From assembly GCA_964016885.1 (NCBI GenBank), contig OZ024748.1, forward strand, positions 27,218,001-27,282,000: a stretch of 64,000 bases of DNA, written 5' to 3'. Below are positions 1-11,924 of this stretch, piece by piece. Numbering within the stretch: the stretch's first letter is position 1; each line of letters begins with the position of its first letter. The notes below the pieces were generated by a model that ran no database searches, was not told the origin of the DNA, and worked only from the letters and a program-made list of their open reading frames with translations. This DNA comes from Eledone cirrhosa (Eukaryota). The translations under genes were made by a program, and so were the position numbers.

Positions 1-180
1 TTGTTTCTACTTTTGGCACAAGGCCAGCAATTACCCAGTGTATTACTGGTACTTTATTTTATCGACGCCCGTAAGGATGAAAGGCAAAGTTAACCTTGGC
101 GGGATTTGAACTTAGAATGGCAAGGGCCGTAACTCTATGCGTCAAAGCATGGCGTCCGACCCTCTACCGATACTGCCAGT
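1..180 (-). mobile_element. tRNA-derived SINE, family 1 (about 190 bp)
   Basis: Reverse complement of the near-intact copy at 42520-42707 (box-B-like gagttcaaatccc, tail gtgccaaaagtagaaacaatta). Further copies near 660-945, 1637-2400, 3360-3500, 28900-29015, 31720-32030, 45745-46980, 53413-53590, 56607-56707. Confidence 0.8.
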
Positions 181-230
181 AATAATAATGTAATATAATA
201 TAATATTCTCTCTGTGTTATCTCTATCCAG

Positions 231-356
231 TTCTGATCACAGCAATCAATTGTTACAGTACCAACTTAGCAGCCAGCATCCAGATCTTCTTTACTGTAGC
301 TAAAATCATAGCCCTTATCATCATCATCATTGGAGGGTTTGTCATGATGGGAAAAG
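231..356 (+). CDS. SLC7A9: SLC7A9/b(0,+)AT-like amino acid transporter, internal coding exon A (gene begins upstream of window)
   Basis: tccag acceptor at 226-230, gtaa donor at 357; translates LITAINCYSTNLAASIQIFFTVAKIIALIIIIIGGFVMMGK, typical SLC7 light-chain TM segment. SLC7 family is secure, exact paralogue less so. Confidence 0.88.
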
Positions 357-1029
357 GTAATTCTTACAAAAGATTTTGCTCTGCTTTATTTATTTATTTA
401 TTTATTTATGCAGCGTTATTTGTCCGTAAGGAGGTAGTGATTCATCTACTAACATACAGCAGATATCTGCCCAATAAAGATTTATCTATTTATTCATTTT
501 TTAATGTCAACATATAATTTATCACCGGGGAAAGAAGATTCAGCTCCCATCTACTGTTTACACATAACAAGCAGGGTTTATTTTAGTACTGCATAAATCT
601 TTAAAGCAGGTGCCATAACTCAGTGTTGATATTCTCTAAACCTGAGAAGTATTTGTAATATAATTGTTTCTACTATTGGCACAAGGCCAGCAGTTACTCC
701 AGTGCATTACTGGTCTTTACTTTATCGACCCCGTAAGAATAAAAGGCAAAGTTTTGAATTCAGAACGCAAAGCGCTATAACTCTATTGATACTGCCAATC
801 CACTGTCATTTGTAATATAATTGTTTCTACTTTAGGCACAAGGCCAGCAATTACCCAGTGCATTACTGGTACTTTATTTTATCGACCCCGTAAGGATGAA
901 AGGCAAAGTCAACCTCGACGGGATTTGAACTCGGATCGTAAAGGGTCATTTGTAATATAATGAGGATATTTTAAACGTTTTATGTGTTTTGATACAAAAT
1001 GTAAACTTACTGCACAAAATTAGATTTAG

Positions 1030-1412
1030 AACTACACAAGTAGGGATCAACTACACAAGCAGAGGTTAACTACAGAAGTAGGGATCAACTACAGAAGTAG
1101 GGATCAACTACACAAGCAGAGGTTAACTACAGAAGTAGGGATCAACTACAGAAGTAGGGATCAACTACACAAGCAGAGGTTAACTACAGAAGTAGGGATC
1201 AACTACAGTAGTAGGGATCAACTACACAAGTAGGGATCAATTACACAAGTAGGGATCAACTAGACAAGTAGGGATCAACTAGACAAGTAGGGATCAACTA
1301 GACAAGTAGGGATCAACTACACAAGTAGGGATCAACTACACAAGTAGGGATCAACTACACAAGCAGAGGTTAACTACACAAGCAGAGGTTAATTATACAA
1401 GTAGGGATCAAC
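1030..1412. repeat. 19-bp minisatellite (aactacacaagtagggatc) with variant units (aactacacaagcagaggtt)
   Basis: About 20 tandem units read directly. Confidence 0.9.
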
Positions 1413-1482
1413 TGTATGTTAAAATAATCACTGTGTTAATTGCTGCTATTTATGCTTGGTTCTGTTCTACCATGTAATTCAG

Positions 1483-1582
1483 GTGAATTCTATGACCTCC
1501 CTGAGGGCTTCAAGGATTCTCAGACTTCAGGATCGGCCATTGCTTTGGCATTTTATGATGGATTATGGGCTTATGATGGATG
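1483..1582 (+). CDS. SLC7A9: SLC7A9-like exon B
   Basis: ttcag/gtgagt boundaries; GEFYDLPEGFKDSQTSGSAIALAFYDGLWAYDGW contains the SLC7 signature GLWAYDGW; phases match neighbours. Confidence 0.92.
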
Positions 1583-2419
1583 GTGAGTAATCTTGTCTTA
1601 ATTTCACCAATTGTTGTTGTTCTTATTATTATCAAGGTCGGTGGATTGTCAGAATCAGTAGAACATTCATTGATATGCTTTACGGCATATGGTTACTGCC
1701 CTTTACATTCTGAGTTCAAATCCCGCTGAGGTTAGCTTTGTCTTTCATTCTTATGGGGTCAATAAAGTAAAGTACCAGTAATGCACTGGATAAATTTAAT
1801 TGACCCTGCCTACCTCAAAACAAAAATATTGTTGACTATGTGCCTAAATTAGAAACTCTTATTATTACGGGTGCTCGATTGGCAGAGTTGTTAGAGTGTC
1901 AGACAAAGGCTTAGCGATATTTGTTCCAGCTTTTTACCTTTTCAGTTCAAATCCTGCTGAGGTCAACTTTGCCTTTTATCTTGTTTTATAGTACTAGTCA
2001 AGTACTGGGGTCAAAATAATCAACTTTCTCTTCTCACCAACAAATTCTGACTGGGAGAAAAAAACACATGTGCATATTCAGTCGGCTATCTTATATAAAT
2101 TAGAAACTGTTATTATTGTTATTGATAGTATTATATAGATAAGGGCAGTGGCTTGGCAGTATCAGTGGCCAAGGACAACTTTGCTTTTCATCCATTCGAG
2201 GTCAGTTAAATAAAGTACCAGTCAAGTGCTGGGGTCAATATAATAAAGTACCAGAAATGTATTGGTGTTGTTATAATAAAGTACCAGTCATGTATTGGTG
2301 TCAATATAATAAAGTACCAGTCATGCACTGGTGGTCGATATAATTGACTTTCACCTTTCTCCTAAATTGCTGGCCTTGTGCCAATTTTAGAAAAAATTAT
2401 TATTGTTAGTAGATCTTAT

Positions 2420-2725
2420 ATTTAGTATCATATATTTAGTACCTTATATTGACTACCTTGTAATATTTAGTACCTTATATTTAGTAACTTATATTATATT
2501 TAGTAACTTATATTTAGTACCTTATTATATTTAGTACCTTATATTTACTACCTTATTATATTTAGTACCTTATTATATTAGTACCTTATTACATTTAGTA
2601 CCTTATATTTAGTACCTTATATTTACTACCTTATTATATTTAGTACCTTATTATATTTAGTACCTTATATTTACTACCTTATTATATTTAGTACCTTATT
2701 ACATTTAGTACCTTATATTTAGTAT
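2420..2725. repeat. 14/17-bp minisatellite (atatttagtacctt[att])
   Basis: Tandem units seen directly, ending about 25 bp before exon C. Confidence 0.9.
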
Positions 2726-2750
2726 CTTTTATTTTGTTCTTTCAACCCAG

Positions 2751-2795
2751 GAATAATCTAAATTATGCCATAGAAGAACTTAAAAATCCACACAG
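2751..2795 (+). CDS. SLC7A9: SLC7A9-like exon C (45 bp)
   Basis: cccag acceptor, gtctgt donor; NNLNYAIEELKNPHR, the conserved N-x-L-N-Y-x-x-E-E-L-x-N-P motif. Confidence 0.9.
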
Positions 2796-2799
2796 GTCT

Positions 2800-3362
2800 G
2801 TACACATTACATATTCTATTTGTACGCATTATATAATCTATTTGCAAACATTACACACTCTATTTGAACACATTACACTATCTGTTTGTCCACATTACAT
2901 AATCTATTTGCACAGATTACATATTCTATTTGTACACATACCCATATACTATTTGTACACATTGCACACACATTACATATATTTGTACCCATTGCATATA
3001 ATATTTGCACACATTAAACAATCTAATTGTACACATTACATATACTATTCTGATTAATCTCACGTTGAAAGGGAAGAAGATATTTACCAGTTGCTTTATT
3101 TTTATAGAATATAGACTTACATAGACTAAACTACTACTACTACTAGTAGTAGTAGCAGCAACAGCAGTAGTAGTAGTAGCAGCAGTAGTAGTAGTAATAG
3201 TAGAGTAGTAGTAGCAGCAATAGTAGTAGTAGTAGTAGTAATAGTAGGAGCAGCTGTAGTGGTAGTAGTAGTAGTGGTGGTAGTAGTAGTAGTAGTGGTA
3301 GTAGCAGCAGTAGTAGTAATAGTAGTAACAGCAGTGGTAGTAGTAATAGTAGTAGTAGTAGT
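2800..3362. repeat. Degenerate ~22-bp tandem repeat (acacattacatattctatttgt) followed by (GTA/GCA)n microsatellite
   Basis: Seen directly. Confidence 0.8.
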
Positions 3363-3607
3363 TCACTGGACTGAGGTTGGCTTTGATTTTCATCTTTATG
3401 GGTCGTTGATAAAATAAAGTACCAGTTGCGAACTGAAGTTGGTTTAATTGATTTTCCGCTTCTCTTCAAGTCGCTGGCCTTATACCAAAAGTAGAAATAA
3501 TTATAATTATAATTGTATGTAAAAATATTTTATTAAGTTATTCTTGTCTATCTATCTATCTATCTATTGTACCCTTCTTTTGTGCCCCTGTGGCTAATAA
3601 AGAAACA

Positions 3608-3638
<31 letters not shown>

Positions 3639-3650
3639 ATATATATATAT

Positions 3651-6600
3651 CAATCTAGCTGTCGTCAGTTCTACAGCGTAGATGTAATTCACTTCGCGCA
3701 GAAGTTTTATTTAAATTTATTGCGGAAATTTTGTGAGTTCAAATTTAATTTTGATACTATTGTGTAGCTTGACCCCCCGTCTGAACTGTCAGACGGTGGG
3801 TCAGCTCATCTTTACCCCTCCTAGAGGTGAAAAACCTGTTTTCTTAAAATTTTGTGGCAAAAAGAAAAAAAAAAATTTTTCAATCGTCAATGTTAAACGA
3901 AGCGAACGAAAATAGTGGTGGGGGGACAGCGGTAAGAGTTGTAAGCTCGCACGCTTTAGTCCCCCCTTCCTTCCCAACTAACGTCATAGAGAAGGAAGGA
4001 AAAATTAAAATAAAAACAGACGAATCTGCAGAGAAAAATGACGAAAACACAAATCTTGACATGGATTCCAACAACGAAAAAAAAAAATTTGAAAAATTGC
4101 ATGACAATACTAACACCACAAACAAAGACATAACAACCACAAAAATAACATTTGAAAATAACACCATAACAGAAAGCAAAGCAGACGACAGAGTCAAGAT
4201 TTCATTTGCACAAAAAACAAAGAAATCTTTGACATATATACCCGAAAATATTTCCGATGTGGCACGAAGAATCACAGACGCCAAACAATACATAAGTGAA
4301 GGAGAGAATGGTATTTTATCGGTTAAAATGCCTCAAGAACTCACCAAAGACATTGAAAGTAGAACGGTCGTGTTCCGCACCATCAACAACACTTCAAAAA
4401 AACCTGAACAGCCTTCTCAAGCAGATATCAAAACAGTACTCACAGAAGTACTTAATGAAACCACTTTCATAAGAAAAGACAGACTCTATGGAAGCCTAGC
4501 AATTATTATGAAGAACGAATCGGCGACAAAAAAATGTGCTTTGTCACCGATTCGTTCGAAAAATTTTACCTTTTATCCATCTTATATGGGTAAAAGAACT
4601 CAACGCATATGGCTGGATGCAATGATGCCAGATGTGGACTACTGCTGGCTCATAGCTGGCTTCATCGATCCAGTGAATGACAACGTGATTTCCATTGGGA
4701 AAACCACAGGCAATGCGTTCAGTGGAACAGGTATAGAGCTGGTAGTGCAAATGAAGCCTGAACGCATCGCCCAAATACCCGACAGAATCCTATTAGAGGG
4801 CCACGGGTATATAAACATTAGCGTGGAGGGGAAAAGGCCATCCTGTCATGTCTGTGCAGGCAGAGGGCACCTGAAGGCCGCTTGTCCCCAACTCAACAAA
4901 AAGAAAACCCTGCTACCAACACCAGCTCCACCACCACCACAACAACAGATAAACAAACAACAAAACTTAGTCCCACCCAACCCGTCCCTCAGTAAAACTA
5001 CACCACCACCACAACACAAACAGTCACAACACATTACCCCAAAACAAAATACAGGCCCACCCAACCCCTCACTCAATAAAACAACACAACCACCGCAGAC
5101 ACAACACACAACACAGTCTAACATAGTGACATCCATCTCCCCCACAAAGAAAACCAACACGGAAACATTACCAGCAAACATACCTCTTCCCTCCAACACT
5201 GAAGATAACCCAACGAATTCGGAGGAAGAAACGGAGTCCTTCAGACAGATTAAAAGGAAAAAAAGAAAACATGTGCAAAACACACAAGGCCAAACAACCC
5301 CCACCCAAATCTCAACACAATCCAACAAAACAGAAAACACCCCTCCAGCAACAAACAAAACCAAACCTGCCCCTCCCCTCTTCGAAACACTCACACCATC
5401 CGAAAAAAAGACATTACACTATACTTACATCAACAGAAACAATAATAAATTAAATGAACTCATATACAATAATCCTTCGGTACAAACCGAAGGTGTAAAC
5501 TTTGTTTCTTCAGAAAACTACCCACATTTAAAATTAATAAAGATCCCAATGAACCTCTACCAAAAACTAAAAAAGGATTTTAAGGAGGACGTAGGACCAC
5601 CCTCTGTCAAACCCATAAACCGCGTCCTACTAAAAAGCTTTCCCCCTCCCCTTCCCCTCCCCAACACAACTCCAAACACCCCAACCCCACCACACACTGA
5701 CGACCCCACACCACCACAAGACACCCCTTCACCCAACACCCCCGACCTCATGGAAGTCGTGCAACCCGAACCCCGGGAAGCGGAAAGGTAGGTCTCTACA
5801 CTCTCCTTTGGCTCTGCCACCCACATGGATGTGTTAAGAGTAGGATGTTTGAATGCACGTGGCCTGGGCTCAACTTGGAAGCAAGCAAAGCTTCTAAATG
5901 ACCTCAGGTCATGTAGTATAAATGTAATGGTTATCTGTGAGACTCGGATCAGCGTTGTGCGGCAGCTGGCCCCCACCTTCGATAACTTTGAGGTGCATGC
6001 ATCTCTCTGTCAACCTGGAGGTGGGGGTGGGGTTGTCGTACTGCTGCAAAAACCCTGGGTCTTGCCGTACAGGTTGTGCACTCGGACCCGGAGGGTCGTT
6101 TGTTGGTGCTAGACGTTGGCAGTAGTGAAGGTGCGGCCTTAAGACTGGTCGCTGTCTACTCCCTTTTCAGAGCTGAACGGCCCGACTTCTTCCAGCGTTT
6201 AGAGACTTTTCTGGGAACGTCGCGTTCCCTGCTTCTAGCGGGGGATTGGAATGACATCCTAGATGCACATTGGGACTATGCAGGAGCATGTCCTAATAGA
6301 GGGGGGTGTAACAGCCTCAAGGGGTTACTCGACCGTTTTAACTTGGGCGATAGATATCGACTAGATTTTCCAACTGTGCCTACCTGGACTTGGAGAAACC
6401 ACAGTGGTCAATCTAGATCGTACTTAGATAGATTCTTAGTTAGATGTAAGGATAGGGACATATTGAGCTGTCCAGAAATGCGCACAGTTGGCTACACGGA
6501 TCACAAATTAGTGACCTGCGTAGTCAATCTCGAGAAAACACATAAACAGGGCCCCGGTTACTGGAAACTTAATTTGTCTTTACCGGCAAAAGAGACTTAC

Positions 6601-8710
6601 AGAAACCGGATTAGCAGATTAGTTAAGGAGAGGTTGACGGGTGCAATCGTCAACAACCGATGGTGGGCATCTCTCAAAAGAGAGATTAAAACAGAATCAA
6701 TAAGTTATAGCAAGATGTTAGCTGCCGATAGGAATAGAAACGAGAAAGAATTAACAGGTAAATTAGAAGAGGCAATCAAGAGCGAAGATGTGGCCAGAGT
6801 GCTGGCATCGAGGACGGCCTTGAACCAGTTTTTCGATGCAAAGCACGAAGGCTGCGTCATTCGAAGTAAAATACGTGCTCTAGGTAATGAGGGGGGCCAA
6901 AGCCGTTGGCTGGGCCTGCGTGACAGAAGCTAAGAGTGGAAATCGATCCACCATCCGGTCGTTGCAAGACGAAGATGGACGGGTGATCCGGGAGCCTAAG
7001 CAGATGTGCGAGGCCTTTCAAAGGCACTTTGCCCGATTGTTCGGGGGAGGCGGGGGTCCGGGCGGGGACGTGGATTTCGGTCGATACCTCGACGGCCTGC
7101 CGCGTCTCTCGAGCGAAGAGGCAGAGTCCTGCGAGGGATCAATCTCGGCTGATGAGATCGGAGATGCGCTGAGCCAATGCAGCAGACGCAAATCTCCAGG
7201 TCTCGATGGTATACCTTACGAACTTTATTTAGCAATGCCGGTCTTCTTCTCCGAACTCCTTGAAGCGGTCTACTGCAATTGGCAGGAGAACGGGAGAATT
7301 CCTTGTTCTATAGCCAAGGGCGTAGTCACGCTGGTGAGGAAGGACGAGAACAAGGGAGATAGTATAAATAATTTTCGGCCCATAACCCTGCTAAACACAG
7401 AGTTAAAGATTTTGGCCAAGGTGTTAGCAAAGAGGTTGGCGCTTGTCGTGGGTGGCCTGGTGGGAGATGCGCAGACATGTGCTATCCCATCCAGGTCCAT
7501 TCACGATAACCTCCACCTCATGCGATACATCATAGAGAGGGTTGGCAACAAACCCGGCTTCGGTGGGGCCCTGATCAACTTGGATCAGTCTAAGGCCTTC
7601 GATAGGGTCAACCATGGTTACCTGGATGCGGTGCTAGCGGCGGCTGGGTTCGGTCCTGTTTTCAGAGGCTGGATCACTGCCTTACATAGCAACCACATCT
7701 GTTCTAGGATCAAGGTGAACGGCTACCTTTCGAAGCCGTTCGAAATCACACGATCCATTCGACAGGGGTGCCCTCTCTCCTCCCTTCTGTACGTATTGAC
7801 TCTCGAGCCTTTACTGAGGAAGTTGGAGTTGTTGCAGGGTATCCCCCTGGAACCAGGATTGAGCAAAGCGGTGTCGGCCTACGCCGATGACGTAACAGTA
7901 ATGGTATCGACCGACTCGGAGATCGAGGCGATCGGTACTTTACTGGAGGAATACGAAAGGTTGTCAGGAGCGAAACTGAACCGGGAAAAATCCATCGAGC
8001 TGCAACTCGGAACGTGGAGAGGCAGACCGATGCCTCCCGACGGTGTCGTCGGACACTGGACGGAGGGCCCGGTAAAGTTGCTTGGGGTCTGGTTTGGACC
8101 GGACCTCCAGGTGGAAAAGAACTGGAACGAGGTTACGAACAAGGTGTTTGCACTAACCCAGAAATGGGCCAAGTGTAGGCTGTCCCTAAAAGGCCGGGTG
8201 GAGGTGGCGAACATTTACATAGCGTCCGTCACTTACTACCGCCTGACTGTCGTGCCTTGCCCTAAGGAAACACTCACCACCATGGAACGCATGCTCTTCC
8301 AATTTCTTTGGAAGAAGCGCCCTCCTATGGTGAGAAGATCCATCTGCTGCCAACAACCTTCGAAAGGAGGGCTGGGGATGCCGTAGTTGATGATGCATAG
8401 GCACGCATTAAGGCTACGGCACCTACAGGTATTCCTCACTGGTCAACCGGTGTGGGCTCCGTTCGTGAAACGAGCCTTTCCGAGACTCGTCTCACTCACC
8501 GAGCTACAGTCCTGGGTCAAGCAAAGATCCGGAAAACTGGGAGACTGGCACACTGAGTGTACTCAGGCGCTCAGGGCTCTCTGGCAAGCGGGCCAGGCCA
8601 TCGGTGGAGAATCCACCTCATCATTCTATAGAGGGCTGGTGGCTAACAGGGGCGATGACACCCTTGGAGAGTCGCTGGACATGGAAGAAGACGAACTGGC
8701 AACCCTGAAA
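3651..8710 (+). mobile_element. L1/Tx1-clade non-LTR retrotransposon, 5'-intact and 3'-truncated, in the intron between exons C and D
   Basis: Structured 5' UTR, long ORF1 with CCHC knuckle, ORF2 with APE endonuclease then RT; coding similarity stops abruptly at about 8710. Confidence 0.9.
3890..5791 (+). CDS. LINE ORF1 (gag-like nucleic-acid-binding protein), uninterrupted
   Basis: First ATG 3890 in the 3854-5791 frame; zinc knuckle CHVCAGRGHLKAAC; Pro/Thr/Gln-rich disordered C-half. Confidence 0.82.
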   Translation: MLNEANENSGGGTAVRVVSSHALVPPSFPTNVIEKEGKIKIKTDESAEKNDENTNLDMDSNNEKKKFEKLHDNTNTTNKDITTTKITFENNTITESKADDRVKISFAQKTKKSLTYIPENISDVARRITDAKQYISEGENGILSVKMPQELTKDIESRTVVFRTINNTSKKPEQPSQADIKTVLTEVLNETTFIRKDRLYGSLAIIMKNESATKKCALSPIRSKNFTFYPSYMGKRTQRIWLDAMMPDVDYCWLIAGFIDPVNDNVISIGKTTGNAFSGTGIELVVQMKPERIAQIPDRILLEGHGYINISVEGKRPSCHVCAGRGHLKAACPQLNKKKTLLPTPAPPPPQQQINKQQNLVPPNPSLSKTTPPPQHKQSQHITPKQNTGPPNPSLNKTTQPPQTQHTTQSNIVTSISPTKKTNTETLPANIPLPSNTEDNPTNSEEETESFRQIKRKKRKHVQNTQGQTTPTQISTQSNKTENTPPATNKTKPAPPLFETLTPSEKKTLHYTYINRNNNKLNELIYNNPSVQTEGVNFVSSENYPHLKLIKIPMNLYQKLKKDFKEDVGPPSVKPINRVLLKSFPPPLPLPNTTPNTPTPPHTDDPTPPQDTPSPNTPDLMEVVQPEPREAER

Positions 8711-8713
8711 TAG
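5825..8713 (+). pseudogene. LINE ORF2 (APE endonuclease + reverse transcriptase), disrupted
   Basis: APE motifs CLNARGL, ICET, AGDWN, SYLDRF, TDH; RT motifs SPGLDGIP, FRPITLLN, DQSKAFD, QGCPLS, YADD; frameshifts near 6050 and 6890, in-frame TAG at 8384-8386. Confidence 0.92.
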
Positions 8714-8924
8714 GAATAGAAATGGAATAAAAAAGTTTCGCGTAAATCAGAACATGGGTTCCTGAGATATGGGGTTTTTCCGTGTACCTTTATAATCAGA
8801 GAGAGGGAGAGAGAAAGAGATAGTGGTTGTGAGAGAGTAGATTGAAAGAAAGACATAGACATAGAGAGAGGGAGAGGAGACAGAGAAGGAAGATGGATGA
8901 GAGAGAGCACTACTGGTGTTGTTG

Positions 8925-9035
8925 TGTATATACATATATATACATATATACGTGTGTGTGTGTATATAATATATGTGTGTGTATATATATATATATGTGT
9001 GTATATATATATATATGTGTGTGTATATATATATA

Positions 9036-9078
<43 letters not shown>

Positions 9079-9161
9079 ATATATATATATATGTGTGTGT
9101 ATATATATATGTGTGTGTGTGTATATATATATATATGTGTGTGTATATATATATATATATA

Positions 9162-9206
<45 letters not shown>

Positions 9207-9239
9207 ATATATATATGTGTGTGTGTGTATATATATATA

Positions 9240-9274
<35 letters not shown>

Positions 9275-9357
9275 GTGTGTATATATATATGTGTGTGTGT
9301 GTATATATATATGTGTGTGTGTGTATATATATATGTGTGTGTGTGTATATATATATA

Positions 9358-9390
<33 letters not shown>

Positions 9391-9521
9391 GTGTGTGTAT
9401 ATATATATGTGTGTGTGTGTGTATATATATATGTGTGTGTATATATATATATATATATATGTGTGTGTATATATATATATGTGTGTGTATATATATATAT
9501 GTGTGTGTGTGTATATATATA

Positions 9522-9600
<79 letters not shown>

Positions 9601-9641
9601 ATATATATATGTGTGTGTGTATATATATATATGTGTGTGTG

Positions 9642-9688
<47 letters not shown>

Positions 9689-9783
9689 GTGTGTATATAT
9701 ATATGTGTGTGTGTGTGTATATATATATGTGTGTGTGTCTATGACCAGGGTATATAGATCATAGACACCCACCTATATATATG

Positions 9784-9826
<43 letters not shown>
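8925..9826. repeat. Compound (TG)n(TA)m microsatellite
   Basis: Seen directly; source of the spurious YI/VC ORFs. Confidence 0.97.
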
Positions 9827-10000
9827 GGGCCTTCCAGTTTCATTTCACATTATATACATCTCTGTGTATATTTTAATTATATAAAAATTATTTTTAAGTG
9901 AACATGATTTAAAAAAAATATTTTGAAGTGAACGTGACGCAATGGGTCACAAGTGGTCTAGTTTCATATAAAATGTGCACTGTTTGATATTTCATTATAG

Positions 10001-10124
10001 AAATTTACCTCTGGCAATAATTATTGGGATCCCTCTTGTCACCATTCTGTATCTTCTAACAAATGTTTCATACTTGGCTGTTATGACAAAAAGTGAGCTC
10101 TTGGCATCAGCTACAGTCGGTGGG
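10001..10124 (+). CDS. SLC7A9: SLC7A9-like exon D
   Basis: tatag/gtacgt; [41 protein letters not shown]. Confidence 0.92.
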
Positions 10125-11020
10125 GTACGTTATTCTTTGTTTTTTCATTAATTAACCCTTCCAGTATCATATTTCTAATGAATTAATGAGGAATTTTGAA
10201 GGATTTATAATAATTATTAATTATTTAATCACTAAGACACTAACTTAACATATGGTTCTAATATAAATTATGTTGGAAGACCTTCATTTAAATAGGAACC
10301 TTGGTCATGTTTCCTATGTATACATGTTTTTTCTCAAAAACTTTTTTCTGTTCCTTCCTCTTATCACTCTCTATCTTTCTATTTCTTCTTTCATTTCTGA
10401 TGAAGGGCTAATATCAGAAACGTAATTTCTATCTTCTGATGAAGGGCTAATAACAAAAACGTAAAGATTCATTTCTTACTATATCAAGCATTAAACTAAT
10501 ATATTTCTTCATTGTACTGTGTTGTTTGCTTTGTTGTTTCTGTTTATTTTTGCATATATATATATATAGTGAGTAAAAGGGTTTTAGCTCTAGGGAGAAA
10601 ATCTAGTTGTAAAACATTGGCTTGCCTCAAAAAGGACCCCATTGATGAGTATGAAGCATGCCAGAGTGTAAAGCAAGCTCTTGCTTTGCAAAGTAAATAA
10701 CCTTAACCCTTTTGATACCAAACCGCCTGAGACTGATCCCTAGTTTTATGATACAAAACTGTTTTTTTTAAAGTCTTTATATTCAATCTAAAACCCTTCC
10801 ACCACGATTCTATCTAAGAACCTTTGTTAAGTTATGTTCCAAACACCAGCTTAATAACGAGAAAGTTAGTTATATTACTAAATCACTCCAACTTCTTGAT
10901 TTTTTTCAAAATTATAGGCACTGTTTTTCATTAGAAGTAGGGAAATTAAATAAATTAAAATAGTTGTGTATCATTAAATTATTTAAAATATAAATTTCTA
11001 AAGAATTTCTGTCTTTCCAG

Positions 11021-11124
11021 TTATGGGCTGATCGAGTTCTTGGAGTTGCTGCCATCATAATTCCAATCTCTGTGGCCCTGTCAACCTTTGGAGCAGCAAA
11101 TGGATCTTGTTTCACATCTGGACG
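11021..11124 (+). CDS. SLC7A9: SLC7A9-like exon E
   Basis: tccag/gtgagt; [35 protein letters not shown]. Confidence 0.92.
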
Positions 11125-11164
11125 GTGAGTATAGGGTTTCATCATTATTTGGTTACATCTTATG

Positions 11165-11500
11165 ATAATGGTGGTGGTGGTGGTGGTATTATTAGTGGTG
11201 GTGGTGGTGGTGGTGGTGGTATTGTTGTTGTTGGTGGTGATGGTGATGGTAATGGTGGTGGTGATTTTGGTGGTGGTAATGGTGGTGGTGATGTTGGTGG
11301 TAATGGTGGTGGTGATGTTGGTGGTAGTGATAGTGATGATGATGATGGTGAATATAGGGCTTCATCTTCATTATGGTTACATCACATGATAATGATGGTA
11401 AAGGTGGTGGTGGTGGTTATAATGAAGATGAAGATGATGATGGTAAGGTAGGGGATGTGATGTTTACAATAAGGATGGTGGTGGAGGTAGTGGGTGATAA
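11165..11500. repeat. (GGT/GAT)n low-complexity repeat
   Basis: Seen directly. Confidence 0.9.
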
Positions 11501-11617
11501 TGATAGTAACCACTCAGGAAACCTAGATACCTTAATCAAATTTCCTCTCCCCGCCAAATTGTTGGCCTGGTGAAGAAACCGTTATTGTAAATGTGTTGTC
11601 ATTTTTATGATCTTTAG

Positions 11618-11714
11618 ACTGACATATGCTGCAGCTAGGGCTGGACATCTTCCACAGGTTCTCTCCTATCTTCACATCACGAAGAAGACTCCTGTCTTAT
11701 CACTTATACTCTCA
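11618..11714 (+). CDS. SLC7A9: SLC7A9-like exon F
   Basis: tttag/gtaagt; LTYAAARAGHLPQVLSYLHITKKTPVLSLILS. Confidence 0.92.
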
Positions 11715-11924
11715 GTAAGTCAAATATTTCACGCAGCTTCTCTTCTTTCTCTTGTGTGTGTGAGACTGGGGCCGGCGTTACCATTGAGGGCATCTATGTA
11801 GTCACATAGGGCACAGAGGTAGTTCATTACTGAACCTTAAAGATTCACAGTTTTATACAGATTCCTATATATAATTAAATATATAATAATTTCCTCTGAT
11901 TAATAAATAAATCACTAAAATATC

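Noticed and set aside
1030-1412. Regular 19-bp repeats resembling a CRISPR array
   Set aside because: No unique spacers, no cas genes, eukaryotic intron; a plain minisatellite.
7149-7170. CTGATGA matches at 7149, 16021 and 23338 as hammerheads
   Set aside because: No stem II, GAAA or stem I in register; chance matches inside TE coding sequence (23338 is the YADD codons).
8747-9772. Long 260-340 aa ORFs (YIYI/VCVC/HTHT), also at 18316-18787, 25947-26816, 42194-42571, 55491-55927
   Set aside because: Translations of dinucleotide microsatellites that lack stop codons; not proteins.
11107-11573. Gly-rich or Val-rich ORFs, also 61504-62011 and 2926-3469
   Set aside because: Trinucleotide repeats inside introns.
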